Positions 1 through 10,783 of a DNA stretch of 64,000 bases are shown here, piece after piece; within the stretch, counting starts at the first letter, position 1, and each line of letters starts with the position of its first letter. The position numbers and the translations under genes were made by a program. The stretch comes from Epithemia pelagica (taxonomy: Eukaryota; Protista; Bacillariophyta). The notes below the pieces were generated by a model, which was given only the letters and a program-made list of their open reading frames with translations, ran no database searches and was not told where the DNA came from. The DNA lies in contig OX337230.1 in assembly GCA_946965045.2 (NCBI GenBank), positions 2,604,001 to 2,668,000 of the forward strand. The letters run 5' to 3'.

Positions 1-92
1 CACCCCTGCAGAATGTTCGGAATCTCGATGAAAATGATGGTGCACAATCTCGAGAAAATCAGGATCCGCAAAAAGGAAATACTTCAAGCGGT

Positions 93-2422
93 ATGGAGGG
101 ACGACGTGAAGGGGTGATGTCTGCCTTGGCTGGTCCGAGTACAACTGATGACATTCATATTGTGAATGGTATTATTAACGATGTGGTGGAGAATATATGT
201 CAGGATGAAGATTCAGATTCCGATGCATTGGATGAGGACGAAGACGAAATTGGTCAAGACGCTACCAAAGGGCAAGTAAGAACCACATATTCAGGAAACG
301 ACACCACAACGGGAGATTCCTTTGGAATCCTTTGGAAGCAGACCCCTTTTTGACACTGCACAGAGCCAACGGGCATCAACACTACCACAGCCATGTACTC
401 AAGCATTCAACACAGGGAATGGTCTGGTACAGCAACAAAATCAAAGTGGAGGAACAATGCCACCACCCCCAAATCATGCTGGTCAGGAACGGGCGATGGA
501 GCAGCACAATTCGAGACCTATTCATACCCAAGTTACTCCAATGGGAGTGAATCAACAGACCTGGGTGGGAAATGTAGCTGGTCAACATTCAGAACATATG
601 CAGGATGTGGATCAGAACCACAATGAGTATTACGGTGCATCGTATGTCACGGGACAATATCAGGAACCTCAACCTCCAAATGCCGCAAATTCTGGACCTC
701 AAGGAAATCAGTCTACACACATAGACCAAAGGATCAATGCTGGTGGAATGCAGGGAGATCATGGATATCAACAGGCATGCGCTAGTGGAATGCAGGGTGA
801 TCATGGATATCAAGAGGCAGGCGCTGGTGGAATGCAGGGTGGTGGATATCAACAAGCTGGTTCTGGTGGAATGCAGGGTGGTGGATATCAACAAGCTGGT
901 TCTGGTGGAATGCAGGGTGGTGGATATCAACAAGCTGGTTCTGGTGGAATGCAGGGTGGTGGATATCAACAGGCTGGTGCTAGTGGAATGCAGGGTGATG
1001 GATATCAACAGGCTGGTGGGGATAGGAAGTGGAATGGGCAACAAGAATGGTTATCGAATCAGGCATCCTACCCTAACCACAGTTCTACTTTTGGGAGTAC
1101 AGATGAAACATGTGCAACTTATTCTTATCCCCTGACGACCCAGATAGGTACGTATGTGAACAAAACAATAGGTACATGACATATACTCTCATGATTGATG
1201 TAATGGGGGTATGGTACTGATATTCTGATCCAGATGCTTGTGTCGCTCATGATGTTTCTTCATTGTCTGATATGTCATCACTGTATACAGGAGGTCAGGA
1301 ACGATGCTCCATTGCCAATCTCAGACCAGGTTATATATTCATTTCTACGGGTGATAGATCTGTTGTAACGGCATCTACGAACAACGACAAAGGCGGAAGC
1401 AATGATAATTCTTCTTCGAGAAAGAAGAAGAAGAAGGAGGTTTCCCAGAAGAATACAGAACCAAAACAACAACCAATCCTGCTTAACACAAATGACTTCA
1501 AGGAATTTGTCAAGTATAAGGTGTTCCGATACTTGAAATACTACTGTCGTTTTACGGATGCCTGTTCAGATGGTAATTTATTCAAGATGTTTTGTGCTGA
1601 ATTTGAGATTTACTTGACAAAGTACAGGATTGCGGACAAGTATAGATACTTTCGAGATTGTTGTGGTGATATTCAAAGGCATTTGAGAGTGAAACGGTCT
1701 AATGTATTGGGTCAATTTGCGAAGAAGTTCAAACGTAAGGGGACACTGCATGGTTTTCTTCTCTCTGCATGATTTTCTGTCTAACTCAACCTGCTCTTTT
1801 TGGCTGCTGTACAGATAGGGTGAAGATAGATTTGTGTTCTACATATGAGAATGGACTGATCCGTCGAACCTTTCCCAAATTGTACCAAGCTGATGAATAT
1901 GGATCCATGCCTGCAATGGAGAATTTCTTGCGTATGCGGGGAGAAATTGGAGTGAGTGAAGACTATATCTACATGTTTGCTTTGTTCGGCAGTGCTGTTT
2001 ATGGAGAAAATGTATATCGAGATGTGATCGACCTAACGGAGGCGGCAGGAAAAACAACAGAGGACAGAGCAAAGCTGTGGGAAGAAGTGAGCATGAAGAG
2101 GTTAACTTGCAGTGATGAAGCATGGATGCTTTTGATGTTGGAAGATAATTGGGATGTTTGGTACAACAGAGCTGTGGATGAGCTTTATTCATATATGGAG
2201 AGAAATGTTGATGAGGACTTCGTGAGAAACAGCATGAGACAGGCATTTTTGGGTATCAAGAATCGTCATGCAGAGAGGTTTAAGTTTTCAAGAGGTGTGG
2301 GTGAGTCAAGGAAGATGAATGAAAATGGACTAAATCGATTGGCAGACTTAGAGCTGAAAGTGTTAGCTGATCGGAACAGGTCTGGTGTTGTCTTCATGGA
2401 GGCATTGAATTCTAAATATTGA
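93..2422 (+). pseudogene. Intron-containing gene of unknown function (acidic N-terminus, Gly/Gln repeats, C-terminal SDEAWMLLMLEDNW region), frameshifted
   Basis: ORFs 322-1179, 1263-1772 and 1769-2422 join in frame if the GT-AG introns 1148-1290 (gtacgt...tatacag) and 1735-1814 (gtaagg...gtacag) are removed. ORF 93-353 joins 322-1179 if the 10-bp duplication tcctttggaa (318-337) is removed. Confidence 0.65.
742..1020 (+). repeat. Coding minisatellite of 7 units (2x42 nt, 5x39 nt) encoding GGMQG(DH/G)GYQQAGx
   Basis: Units are directly visible in the DNA and in ORF 322-1179. Confidence 0.95.
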
Positions 2423-2559
2423 CAAGTGATGGGCTACGAGGAAAATCAAGTAGATGACGATAATGCAAATGTGGTGCGACAGCGTCTGTGGAGATGATTT
2501 GGTGCCTTGAGAATGAGTGATTATAAAAATGACAAAATGGTCAATGAATTAGACGAGCA

Positions 2560-2846
2560 ATAATGTGTGTGAGATTGTTGATTCATTCTGTTGTTAATGC
2601 ACGTCTTGAGTTCTGTTGGGGTACGTTGCAGCTTGTGGTGTATGCATATTGATAATGGTGGGTGTGCATCGACTCTGGTTGTGTGTGTATGTTGATAATG
2701 GTTGATGTGCATAGATGGTTATGTTGTGCGCATGGACTGGTGGGTGATGTGTGGGAGAACATGTGAGTGATTCTAGTTTGTTATGTGCATTTTGGGTATG
2801 AGCATGCGCGCGTGAGTGTTGTGTGTGCACAGTGGGGGGGGGGGGG
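2560..2846. repeat. TG-rich low-complexity tract ending in a G13 run
   Basis: Degenerate gtgtgtgcat-like units; G run at 2834-2846. Confidence 0.7.
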
Positions 2847-4091
2847 CGAAAAAGCGTCTACTTCCGGATAATTCACGCGCAAATTATGGGGCGACTGAAA
2901 CATGCGCATGAAGGGGGTGCATAAGCCGACCCTTAGATGGTATTTCAGAAAAGGGAGTTGTGATTGATTGCTGAGTCCGAGAGCCTTTCAGATCGTCTTC
3001 ATTTGGGTCGTTTGTCATTAGGAATCATACATCCTCCATTGGATGAGGGCTTCCGAGTGAGCATGATTCAAGAAATGATGAGGTGAATGTGGATTGTGCT
3101 ACGACAGAAAAGAGCTTTATTTGTTAATAAGCGTAAGTCGCAATTCTTGTCTTATGTTTTTGACTTATGGTCGCCGGCATCGACTTTGGGTGAGGAAGGC
3201 GTGCAAATTGGACTTCGAGACACGTATACACGGGAAACCGTTAACACCGTTAGCTGGTATTGAGGCACCTGATTTTGCTCACTTCTGTATGACAGTAAGT
3301 CTGCCTTGACCATTTAGAGTGACCAGTGTGTGTGTGTGTGTGTGTGGTGTACTAGTATTATTATTCCTTAAACTTCTCGTCACTCTGAATGGTCAAGGCA
3401 ACATAATGATTTATCGCCCTGCAGAAGAGCTTCGATGGTAAGGACATAAATGACCAGCAACCTCCTGCTCCTGGAGCCTCCGACAAACAGTAGCAGCTGA
3501 GGCCACGTTGCCCATATGCCAGTAGACAGAGTGCATGCAGTCTCAACATTTCTCTCAACACCACCATTTTCTTTCACAGATTGCTCAATTGCAGATGATG
3601 CTCGACTTCCATTCTCGAGTGATATGGGTACCTTCAGATGATCTGACGAACCCAGCTGCATATTTCTATTGGATACATTTTGATTTTCTTTCCTGCACTT
3701 TTGGCTACCCTGTTTTCTTTTCCCTACTTTCTCTTCTTGCTTCTCCGCCACAGACTCTTTTGATTCATCAAAGGATGTCTTTTCCAACTCATTTCCCCTT
3801 CATCCTTCATCCATGCCAGGGACCCAGTGGCATTTGATTGTTTGTCGCTTATGCTGGAGGAGTTGACCTCGTCCATCACATCGGGTTCTTGAAGTTTGGG
3901 TTTTGGGTGCTGTGGTTGTTCTTCCATGTGGCCGTTTCATTTGTTTCCCTGTCCTACCTCTAGACAGATGGCTAAATTTTTAACGCGAGTTTAGCTCGTA
4001 TGAATGGGGTGGCAAGAAGTATTGGTAAAATCTCAATCATAATCCCCTATTTTCACTTTAGGATGATGATTTGGGCATCACGTGGAAGAAT

Positions 4092-4209
4092 ACTTTGCAG
4101 GACCATTTCTCACCAAATCATGTGGAATAACACTTTGCAGGACCATTTCTCACTGACACTCACTAAGCCCTGGAACAGCAGAAGAACACTATGCAGGACC
4201 ATTTCTCAC
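4092..4209. repeat. Three copies of a 22-bp direct repeat (act(t/a)tgcaggaccatttctcac)
   Basis: Copies at 4092, 4132 and 4188. Confidence 0.9.
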
Positions 4210-4668
4210 TGACTCTCACTGAGCCCTGGAACGGATGGGCTTCCTTGCCTTGGTCTGATCCTCCCGAAAATCTTCAACCACACCCTACGGAATGGAAGAT
4301 TCACAAGAATTAATCTCTGTATTTATAAGTGGGGGCAAGAATGGGAAGCAGATCCACCATTCTTTTTGGTTGAACTTCTCTGCTGCAAGCCACCTCTGGT
4401 ACCTTGTCCAACGGATCTTTCCTGGACTCAATATGACTGTGTGGAACTTGGTCCTTTTGCTGCAGATATGAGGAAGGCGCAGCGGGCTAAAAATACTTCC
4501 ATATTATTCTGACCATTCTTTGTTATGATTCTATCGAATATCTTGAATCATTTCTATTCAGACGTAGTGCACAGAAACATAAACTCCTAATATAACTCCA
4601 TATTTCTACTCTGCTACGCCATCTCCGTAATCAGATGTTCCTTTGAGACTAGTCAGGCAACGATCTCT

Positions 4669-5241
4669 TCATTGCTCTTGGCAACCATATATTGGACGGA
4701 AACTGTTCCAACTTTTGGAGGATAGGTTTACGATTGAAAACTTTCCTGTCTTGTTCACAGACATTTGATCAGTAAATGCCAGGATCTGATAGGTAGAACT
4801 GAAAGCACTTTGCTGAACTCTTTCTTCTGATGACCCTGAAGCTGGGGTTGTTTCAAATCGCCTCAAGTTAAGAAATTCAGATCTTTGACTTTGTAGATCT
4901 TCTTGATCTTCCATCACTTCATGAACCTGAATGATCTTGTGCCCCAAATGATCATTTTGGAAGTATGGACCTGACTTGTAGACTATTGGGAGACACTGTA
5001 GGCATTGGAGTCCCAAAGGAGATTCAGCCATTCCTTTCATGTGCGAACTCATTGCGCGGGGTTCCAAAATACTGCTTATATCACAATATTCCACGCACCT
5101 GTGCACCACTTCATCTGGCAATTGATGAAAGCCATCTGCAAATGTTGAATCATTTTTGTGGGGAAGTAGATCTTCCTTTGTTTTTGATGTCATGGTATCA
5201 GCCTGAAGCCAGAGTGTGTTAATGATTTTATGGATGAACAA
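4669..5241 (-). CDS. ORF with F-box-like N-terminal motif, probably a relic
   Basis: FHQLPDEVVHRCVEYCDISSILEPRAMSSHMKGMAES fits the F-box pattern LPxE(I/V)xxxIxxYLDxxxLxxLxxVS. Confidence 0.5.
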   Translation of the reverse strand: MFIHKIINTLWLQADTMTSKTKEDLLPHKNDSTFADGFHQLPDEVVHRCVEYCDISSILEPRAMSSHMKGMAESPLGLQCLQCLPIVYKSGPYFQNDHLGHKIIQVHEVMEDQEDLQSQRSEFLNLRRFETTPASGSSEERVQQSAFSSTYQILAFTDQMSVNKTGKFSIVNLSSKSWNSFRPIYGCQEQ

Positions 5242-6399
5242 GAGATAAATATACTACTACTTTGTTGCGACGTCCGTTTGTGACCACTCTTGTTTGTTTG
5301 TTCGTTTACTAGGTAGCTCTCCAGAGAGTCACCCTACGAAGACGCAGGCTCGCCCGCCTTTTTGAAGCCCCGACTAAAGTTAGCATGTATAGCTCTACCA
5401 CAGATTAAAAACAGCAAAGAGTGTGATTACTAGTTTAGTTTCTTTCTAACACCTAGAGCCGGGAAGCTATTCTACTTCTTTGTTCGCCAATTAGGCAGAC
5501 AGTCGTCACTTGCACTTCTGTCGCGGCCTCCAAAACTACATCATCAGTCGTCAAGGATTCTTCGGTGGCTGGTAGGTTCACTATCGTCCATTTGGATCAC
5601 TGGGGGTGTGGCCTTTGGGATACTGAAAGCAAACCGTGCTTTTAGGCCTTCAAGTCTCCGTTCTTGGTAGGACATCGATGGGATTTCATTGAGCAAGCTC
5701 TCATCCCTCCTGTCCTCACCTTGGTTGGTTAAATCATTTGTTGTAGTCGTGTTGGGGGACAGGTCAGCTCTACTCTATCTAGCTAGAAGAAGAGTCTCTA
5801 GAGAGTCTTGAGTCATCACATTTTGGTTCCTGACCAAGACCACAAAATGACACACGTGTGGACCTGACTCAGGTAATAAGGTACTCCCCTCCACCGTCTT
5901 CTCCACCGAGAGACAGACGATCTTTCATTCAACATAGATTGGCCCACCTTTTAGACCAGTACACGATCAAAATCATAGAAGAAGTCAAAGAGTAAGTATG
6001 TTGTTTGGAAACAGCTCTTGTCAAGTGATTTTCATGTCAACGCCTCAAGGCCTCATCTTTCTCCTACAATTGAAGTATTTACTAGTCCACCCGAGTTTTC
6101 AACCAATGTCCTCAGACGCCGGATCCCTGATCTCGTGTTCTTCGTTGACTCTTTGAGTTGTAAATCGACAATTGCCCATTATACGTGAGGCTAGGGGATG
6201 ATTGTGGTGTGTCCTGAATTCCTAGGTCGACTGGAGTTTCCACCATTTTTCTCAGATGCTGGATATCGCTGATCTCATGTTCTTCGTTCACTCTTTGAGT
6301 TGTAAATCGACAGGTCCAAGCCGAGCATAGGTTCAGTCATGTTTCCTTCAAGAAGAAACAATCGCAGATGGTTGCATCATGAGACACAGGGACACTTTG

Positions 6400-6462
6400 A
6401 TTCGCCATTAGACGTCCGCAGAAACAAGGACAGCAGACAGACTTAACCTTAACCTTAACGTA
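6400..6462 (+). repeat. Left terminal inverted repeat
   Basis: attcgccattagacgtccgcagaaacaaggacagcagacagacttaaccttaaccttaacgta. Confidence 0.9.
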
Positions 6463-6472
6463 CCAACTCCAC

Positions 6473-6536
6473 CGCCTGTCACACCTTGTACACGCCTGTC
6501 ACACCTTGCTTGTACACGCCTGTCACACCTTGTACA
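6473..6536. repeat. Subterminal 20-bp tandem repeat x3 (cgcctgtcacaccttgtaca)
   Basis: Directly inside the left TIR; the second copy has a 4-nt insertion. Confidence 0.85.
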
Positions 6537-6544
6537 CTCCTAAG

Positions 6545-8429
6545 TAAGCGTCATAGAAATAACTGTTCTCTTTCAAATCTGAAAGTCTTCAGATTGGCAT
6601 TGGAGGATATTTCGCTCAAGATTGATGACAAACAAGGAGTCACGACCACTTCTTACAGTTTCTATCCGATCCACCTTTGGGAAAAATATTTTAATTCTGC
6701 GGATGTTTCTACGTGATCAGCGTCAAGGAACTTTCCGATGGGTATTTTCCTTTGCCCTGCCAAAACTACTTGGAGATCAATGGACATCCCAAATTCAAAG
6801 TGTCATAACCGATGGTGACTCACATGAGATTGTTGAACTTGAAGAGGCCTGTCATCATTTCATGCCAAATTGCTTTCGTGTTCGTTGTGGGTGGCATATT
6901 ATTCATAAGGGATGGTTACGACATTGCTCATTCGGGAATGCCATTGACTCAACCTACATCTACACCCAAGATATTGTGAAAATGAAAATGAATTGGTGAT
7001 ATCGAAGTGCCTGCTCTTGGCCTACATTCATTCACGGCAGGTTTGAAAGTTCCTTCCAGACAACTTACGTTGGAAGGTGCAAACTTTTTGATTGGGTATG
7101 TTTTTATTCACGATCGACAACTTGTGCACTATTACAGACAAAATCTTCGTCATTATGATGAGTGCACTAACAGCAGTCACAAAGGTACGAACTGTGGTAT
7201 CAAAGAGCACTCAGCTCCAGTTTTACCAGGTGGAACAGTCCAAGGCAATGCAGTGTTGTTGAAGTTTCAATCGGACATTCTAATCAATTCACAATTACGT
7301 CTCGCAGCAACGCGAGTTGAAGCTAAATCTGTTTGGATGAAGGAGAATCTCCTACCACTCAACCGAATGGTAACTGAATTGTGCCATGATTTAGTGCACA
7401 ATGCATGGACACGCCGTGACAAATATGCAATTCGACATGTAAGATCATCACCATGGACCTGCTGGCATGTCAAAGTGGTAGATACCAACTGTTTGGAAAC
7501 AGAGAAGAAACGCATTCATCCGTTATGGCATCGTACAAGAATGGTAACATTGGATTCTTCTGGGCGTTTGTTGTGTTCCTGCGGTACGTTTCAAAGGTGT
7601 GGCTACCCATGTTCGCATCAAGCTGCAGTACTGTGTTTTGAATGCCGGGGGGACTACAAAGGCTTCACCCATCATGATGTGAGTATTGTGTGGTGGAAGA
7701 AATACGTTTTCTTTCTTGGCTTTCGCAATGCGAACAATGATACTGAGAACACTCGAAATGTTTGTTTGAAAGAACTATTATTAAATGATAGTACTGGACC
7801 AAAGTTACCATTTGACACGGGACCAGCATTGTGTGAGAAAGATGAATGGTGGTACTGCGCAACAGGTTTTGATTAGCCGGATTGGGAAACTGAAGCATGC
7901 CTGAATTATTTGCCGGAACAAATAACAAGAGCTGTCACAACATTTTCGGGTTTCTTTAACTACACTGAAAATGTACCTTTGGACCAAGACATCTTGACAC
8001 AGGAGTCGTTTACTGCTCCGGATGGGATAAATCCACGTTATGGGCGCTCAATGCCTTCACTTCAAGGAGTCAGGGATAATCCATGCCCAAGTGATAGTTG
8101 ATGAAGGAATTGGGGAAATATTGGTTGATGATACTGATGATGCAACTGATCTCCACACAAAATGTGATGAGGTATATGGCAAAGCATTAGCGCCCAATTC
8201 ATTTGTTCAACTCATGACAGAGGAGTTGAACAAAGTCAAGAAACTGTGCCGTTCAGCAAATTACAATAATAATGGAGTGGATTTGATGAAACCACTTGTT
8301 TGTCTGCGTGAATTATCTGCAAGGACATGGCTACTCGAAGTAATCATAATCATGGACAAGAGTGGGTTTCTTCGAATTCAGAGCATTCCCGCCATTGCCA
8401 TAGATTCCACGGTGCTAGATTGGGGTTAA
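6545..8429 (+). pseudogene. MULE (MuDR-type) DDE transposase with SWIM zinc finger, 5'-truncated and frameshifted
   Basis: Motifs LKID..TNKESRPLL, VITDGD, RCGWHII, TNSSH(K)GTN and SWIM CSCGTFQRCGYPCSH (~7574-7618), spread over ORFs 6486-6716, 6622-6999, 7007-7876, 7910-8101 and 8040-8429. Confidence 0.85.
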
Positions 8430-8488
8430 CGGAATTTCATTGAATAAAGTAACAATTGATCAATTGATAAATTTTATTTAACCTATAT

Positions 8489-9278
8489 TTACTTATCCTT
8501 TTGTAATTGGCTGAAAATACACTCTTTGATTCCAGTGAGGGGGATGGTATTGTTGTTTTTTCCAACAACCGCTGTCTTGAGGTAGAACGATATGCAAAAA
8601 ACATCCTCACTGGTAACCTTCGAAACACAGTGATAGACTTGGGGGTTGAAGAACAGAATGTCCATGTTTCGAAGGGCAACTGCATGTCCACATTGTGGAA
8701 AGACAAAATAGCAAAGAATATTGTTTCCAACTGAATCTGGTTCAGTGGCCATGACCATCACTGCAGAACAACCAAAGTCTTGGTTGGTGTGGGCACCGAG
8801 AAATACATTCCTTCCAAAAGCGATTGATGAGAAAAATGTGCTGTCGTTGCTCCCGTCTGAGAAAGTTGGTATACCTTGAACAGCCTTGGTAATGGAATAG
8901 CTCTGTATTATAGACCAGTCCATCCACTCGCAAAATAAATGCTCGACTCGTTGCACCAATTTCATCAATGTCTGCTTGTCTTTGCCTGTCATGAGTTATT
9001 TTAGAATCAACAATTCCGTGACGACCTTGATTTGCATGTTTGCCAATGGTTATATACGAAGATTGATGTGATTCCATTCCAACATATCGAAACTTCCCTT
9101 GTTGTTGGAAAGAACATGCAGTTTCCACTGATTCAAAGACAGAAATTACTTTCTTGTGTACTGGGAAAGATAAATGATTCTGTCCTGGTACCTTGAAACA
9201 CAGGCAGTGTGGAGTCACTGGGTTGATATAGAGCTCCACCATCCGTATCGGTAGTATGGAACTTAGAAAGAGACACAA
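8489..9278 (-). pseudogene. TET/JBP-like 2-oxoglutarate-Fe(II) dioxygenase (core 8489-8992; the gene probably extends toward ~10240)
   Basis: FSSIAFGRNVFLGAH-T-N-QDF ... YFVFPQCGHAVALRNMDILFFNPQVYHCVS ... CISFYLK has the DSBH layout: HxD-position motif, FP-x-x-G-x-x-V-x-L strand, distal His, terminal strand. Confidence 0.55.
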
Positions 9279-9779
9279 ATATCAGTCGGATGGTTTTGGT
9301 GCCACTGCCTTCAAAGTATTCCTCGTCTGTACTATCACTTTTGAATGTGACTGTGTTCATCATCAAGTAGTCTGGTGTCATTTGTGAAGCCAATGGAGCC
9401 TCGGGCGCTATCTCAAGAGTATGTTGTTTGTCATTCTTTCTCTTGTTTCTCTGTCTGTTGCATTTCCTGAAAGGTGTAGCACATCCTTGAATGATAGCTT
9501 TTGAGACCTTTGTTCGACGTGAAGAATTATTTCTTGACTTGTACGTATGAACAACTGAAGAAACATCAATGTGTTGTCAATCTTGTAGGTGTGAAAGTAT
9601 TCTTCCCATGGTCCCCTAGAGGAGGACCTCCCAAAGGCAAAGAGGTAGATCCATTGTTGTCAGGTTGCTGACTCAGGTTCAAACGGCCTCTCTTGACTGG
9701 TTTTGACATTTCAATACTCAAGCAACCAATGAGAGCTTCCAAACAGTATCAGCCTTCCCAAAAGAGCAGGATGGAGAAA

Positions 9780-10002
9780 CCCAAAATTGCCAGGGCTGTA
9801 TCTTCTGATGAAAATGAGATAGAAGGATGAACAGGGATGATTTAGAATCGTCTCGGCATGGTCCAGGTCTCCCATTTGTCAGAATTGGTGTAGCACTTAC
9901 AGTCCACCCAAGCCCAAAATTTCCAGGGCTGTATCTTCTGATGCAAATGAGATAGAAGGACAAACAGGGATGATTTAGAATCGTATTGGCATGGTCCAGG
10001 TC
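9780..10002. repeat. Direct duplication of ~90 bp with 133-bp period inside the MULE
   Basis: cccaaaatt.ccagggctgtatcttctgatg...ggcatggtccaggtc at 9780 and 9913. Confidence 0.85.
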
Positions 10003-10259
10003 ACCCAAGTATCAGATTGGGCATCGCACTTACTCTCCAGAAGATGTGCTTATTGGAGTGAAAGGATTGCTTTGGTGAAACTGTTGCTGCCTATACAGAT
10101 ACTGGTGAAGCTTGTGCTGCTGCTGTTGTTGATGAGAAGTTGAGGTGTGTATTGCTGTGGTGTGGAGAAAAGGAGGGACAGGAGAGGATTTTTCTTCAAT
10201 GTGTGGGTGGCGTTGGTCTGGGCAAGTCGGCCTGGTCGGCAACTGTGCACAGTTTTGGC

Positions 10260-10322
10260 TACGTTAAGGTTAAGGTTTAGTCTGTCTGCTGTCCTTGTTT
10301 CTGCGGACCTCTAATGGCGAAT
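10260..10322 (-). repeat. Right terminal inverted repeat
   Basis: Reverse complement of 6400-6462 with 2 mismatches. Confidence 0.9.
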
Positions 10323-10783
10323 ATTACAATAATAAAAATGCCAAGCCGCCTGTTCCTGAAAAACTTATCAGTTCTCTACCAGACCATGAAACAAAGATTG
10401 GCAATGAGAATCGTGAAAGATCTGTCAAGCCAACCAATGACAAGAAACAAAAATTGGCAGAAACAAAGATTGGCAATGAGAATTGTGAAAGGTCTGTCAA
10501 GCCAACCAAGAAACAAAGATTGGTAGAAACAAAGATTGGCAATGAGAATCGTGAAAGATCTGTCAAGCCAACCAAGAAACAAAGATTGGTAGAAACAAAG
10601 ATTGGCAATGAGAATTGTGAAAGATCTGTCAAGCCAACCAAGAAACAAAGATTGGTAGAAGCAAAGATTGGCAATGAGAATTGTGAAACGTCTGTCAAGC
10701 CAACCAAGAAACAAAGATTGGCAGAAACAAAGATTGGAAATGAGAATCGTGAAAGGTTTGTCAAGCCAAATACTTTTGGCTAG
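10295..10783 (+). repeat. 66-bp tandem array (~6 units) forming an open frame of ETKIGNENxERSVKPTKKQRLV repeats
   Basis: Units at ~10388-10770; each contains an internal repeat aaacaaagattgg. Confidence 0.9.

Larger units (their letters stand above)
6400..10322. mobile_element. Mutator-like (MULE) element with 63-bp TIRs and two convergent genes
   Basis: 6400-6462 and 10260-10322 are inverted repeats with 2 mismatches. They enclose a MULE transposase (+) and a 2OG-Fe(II) oxygenase-like gene (-). No TSD found. Confidence 0.65.

Noticed and set aside
4092-4209. Three 22-bp repeats with intervening sequence, superficially CRISPR-like
   Set aside because: Spacers are 18 and 34 bp, the sequences after copies 2 and 3 duplicate each other, there are no cas genes, and the context is eukaryotic.
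6442-6460. Chromosome telomere or interstitial telomeric array
   Set aside because: Fewer than 3 full hexamers, embedded in an inverted repeat pair.
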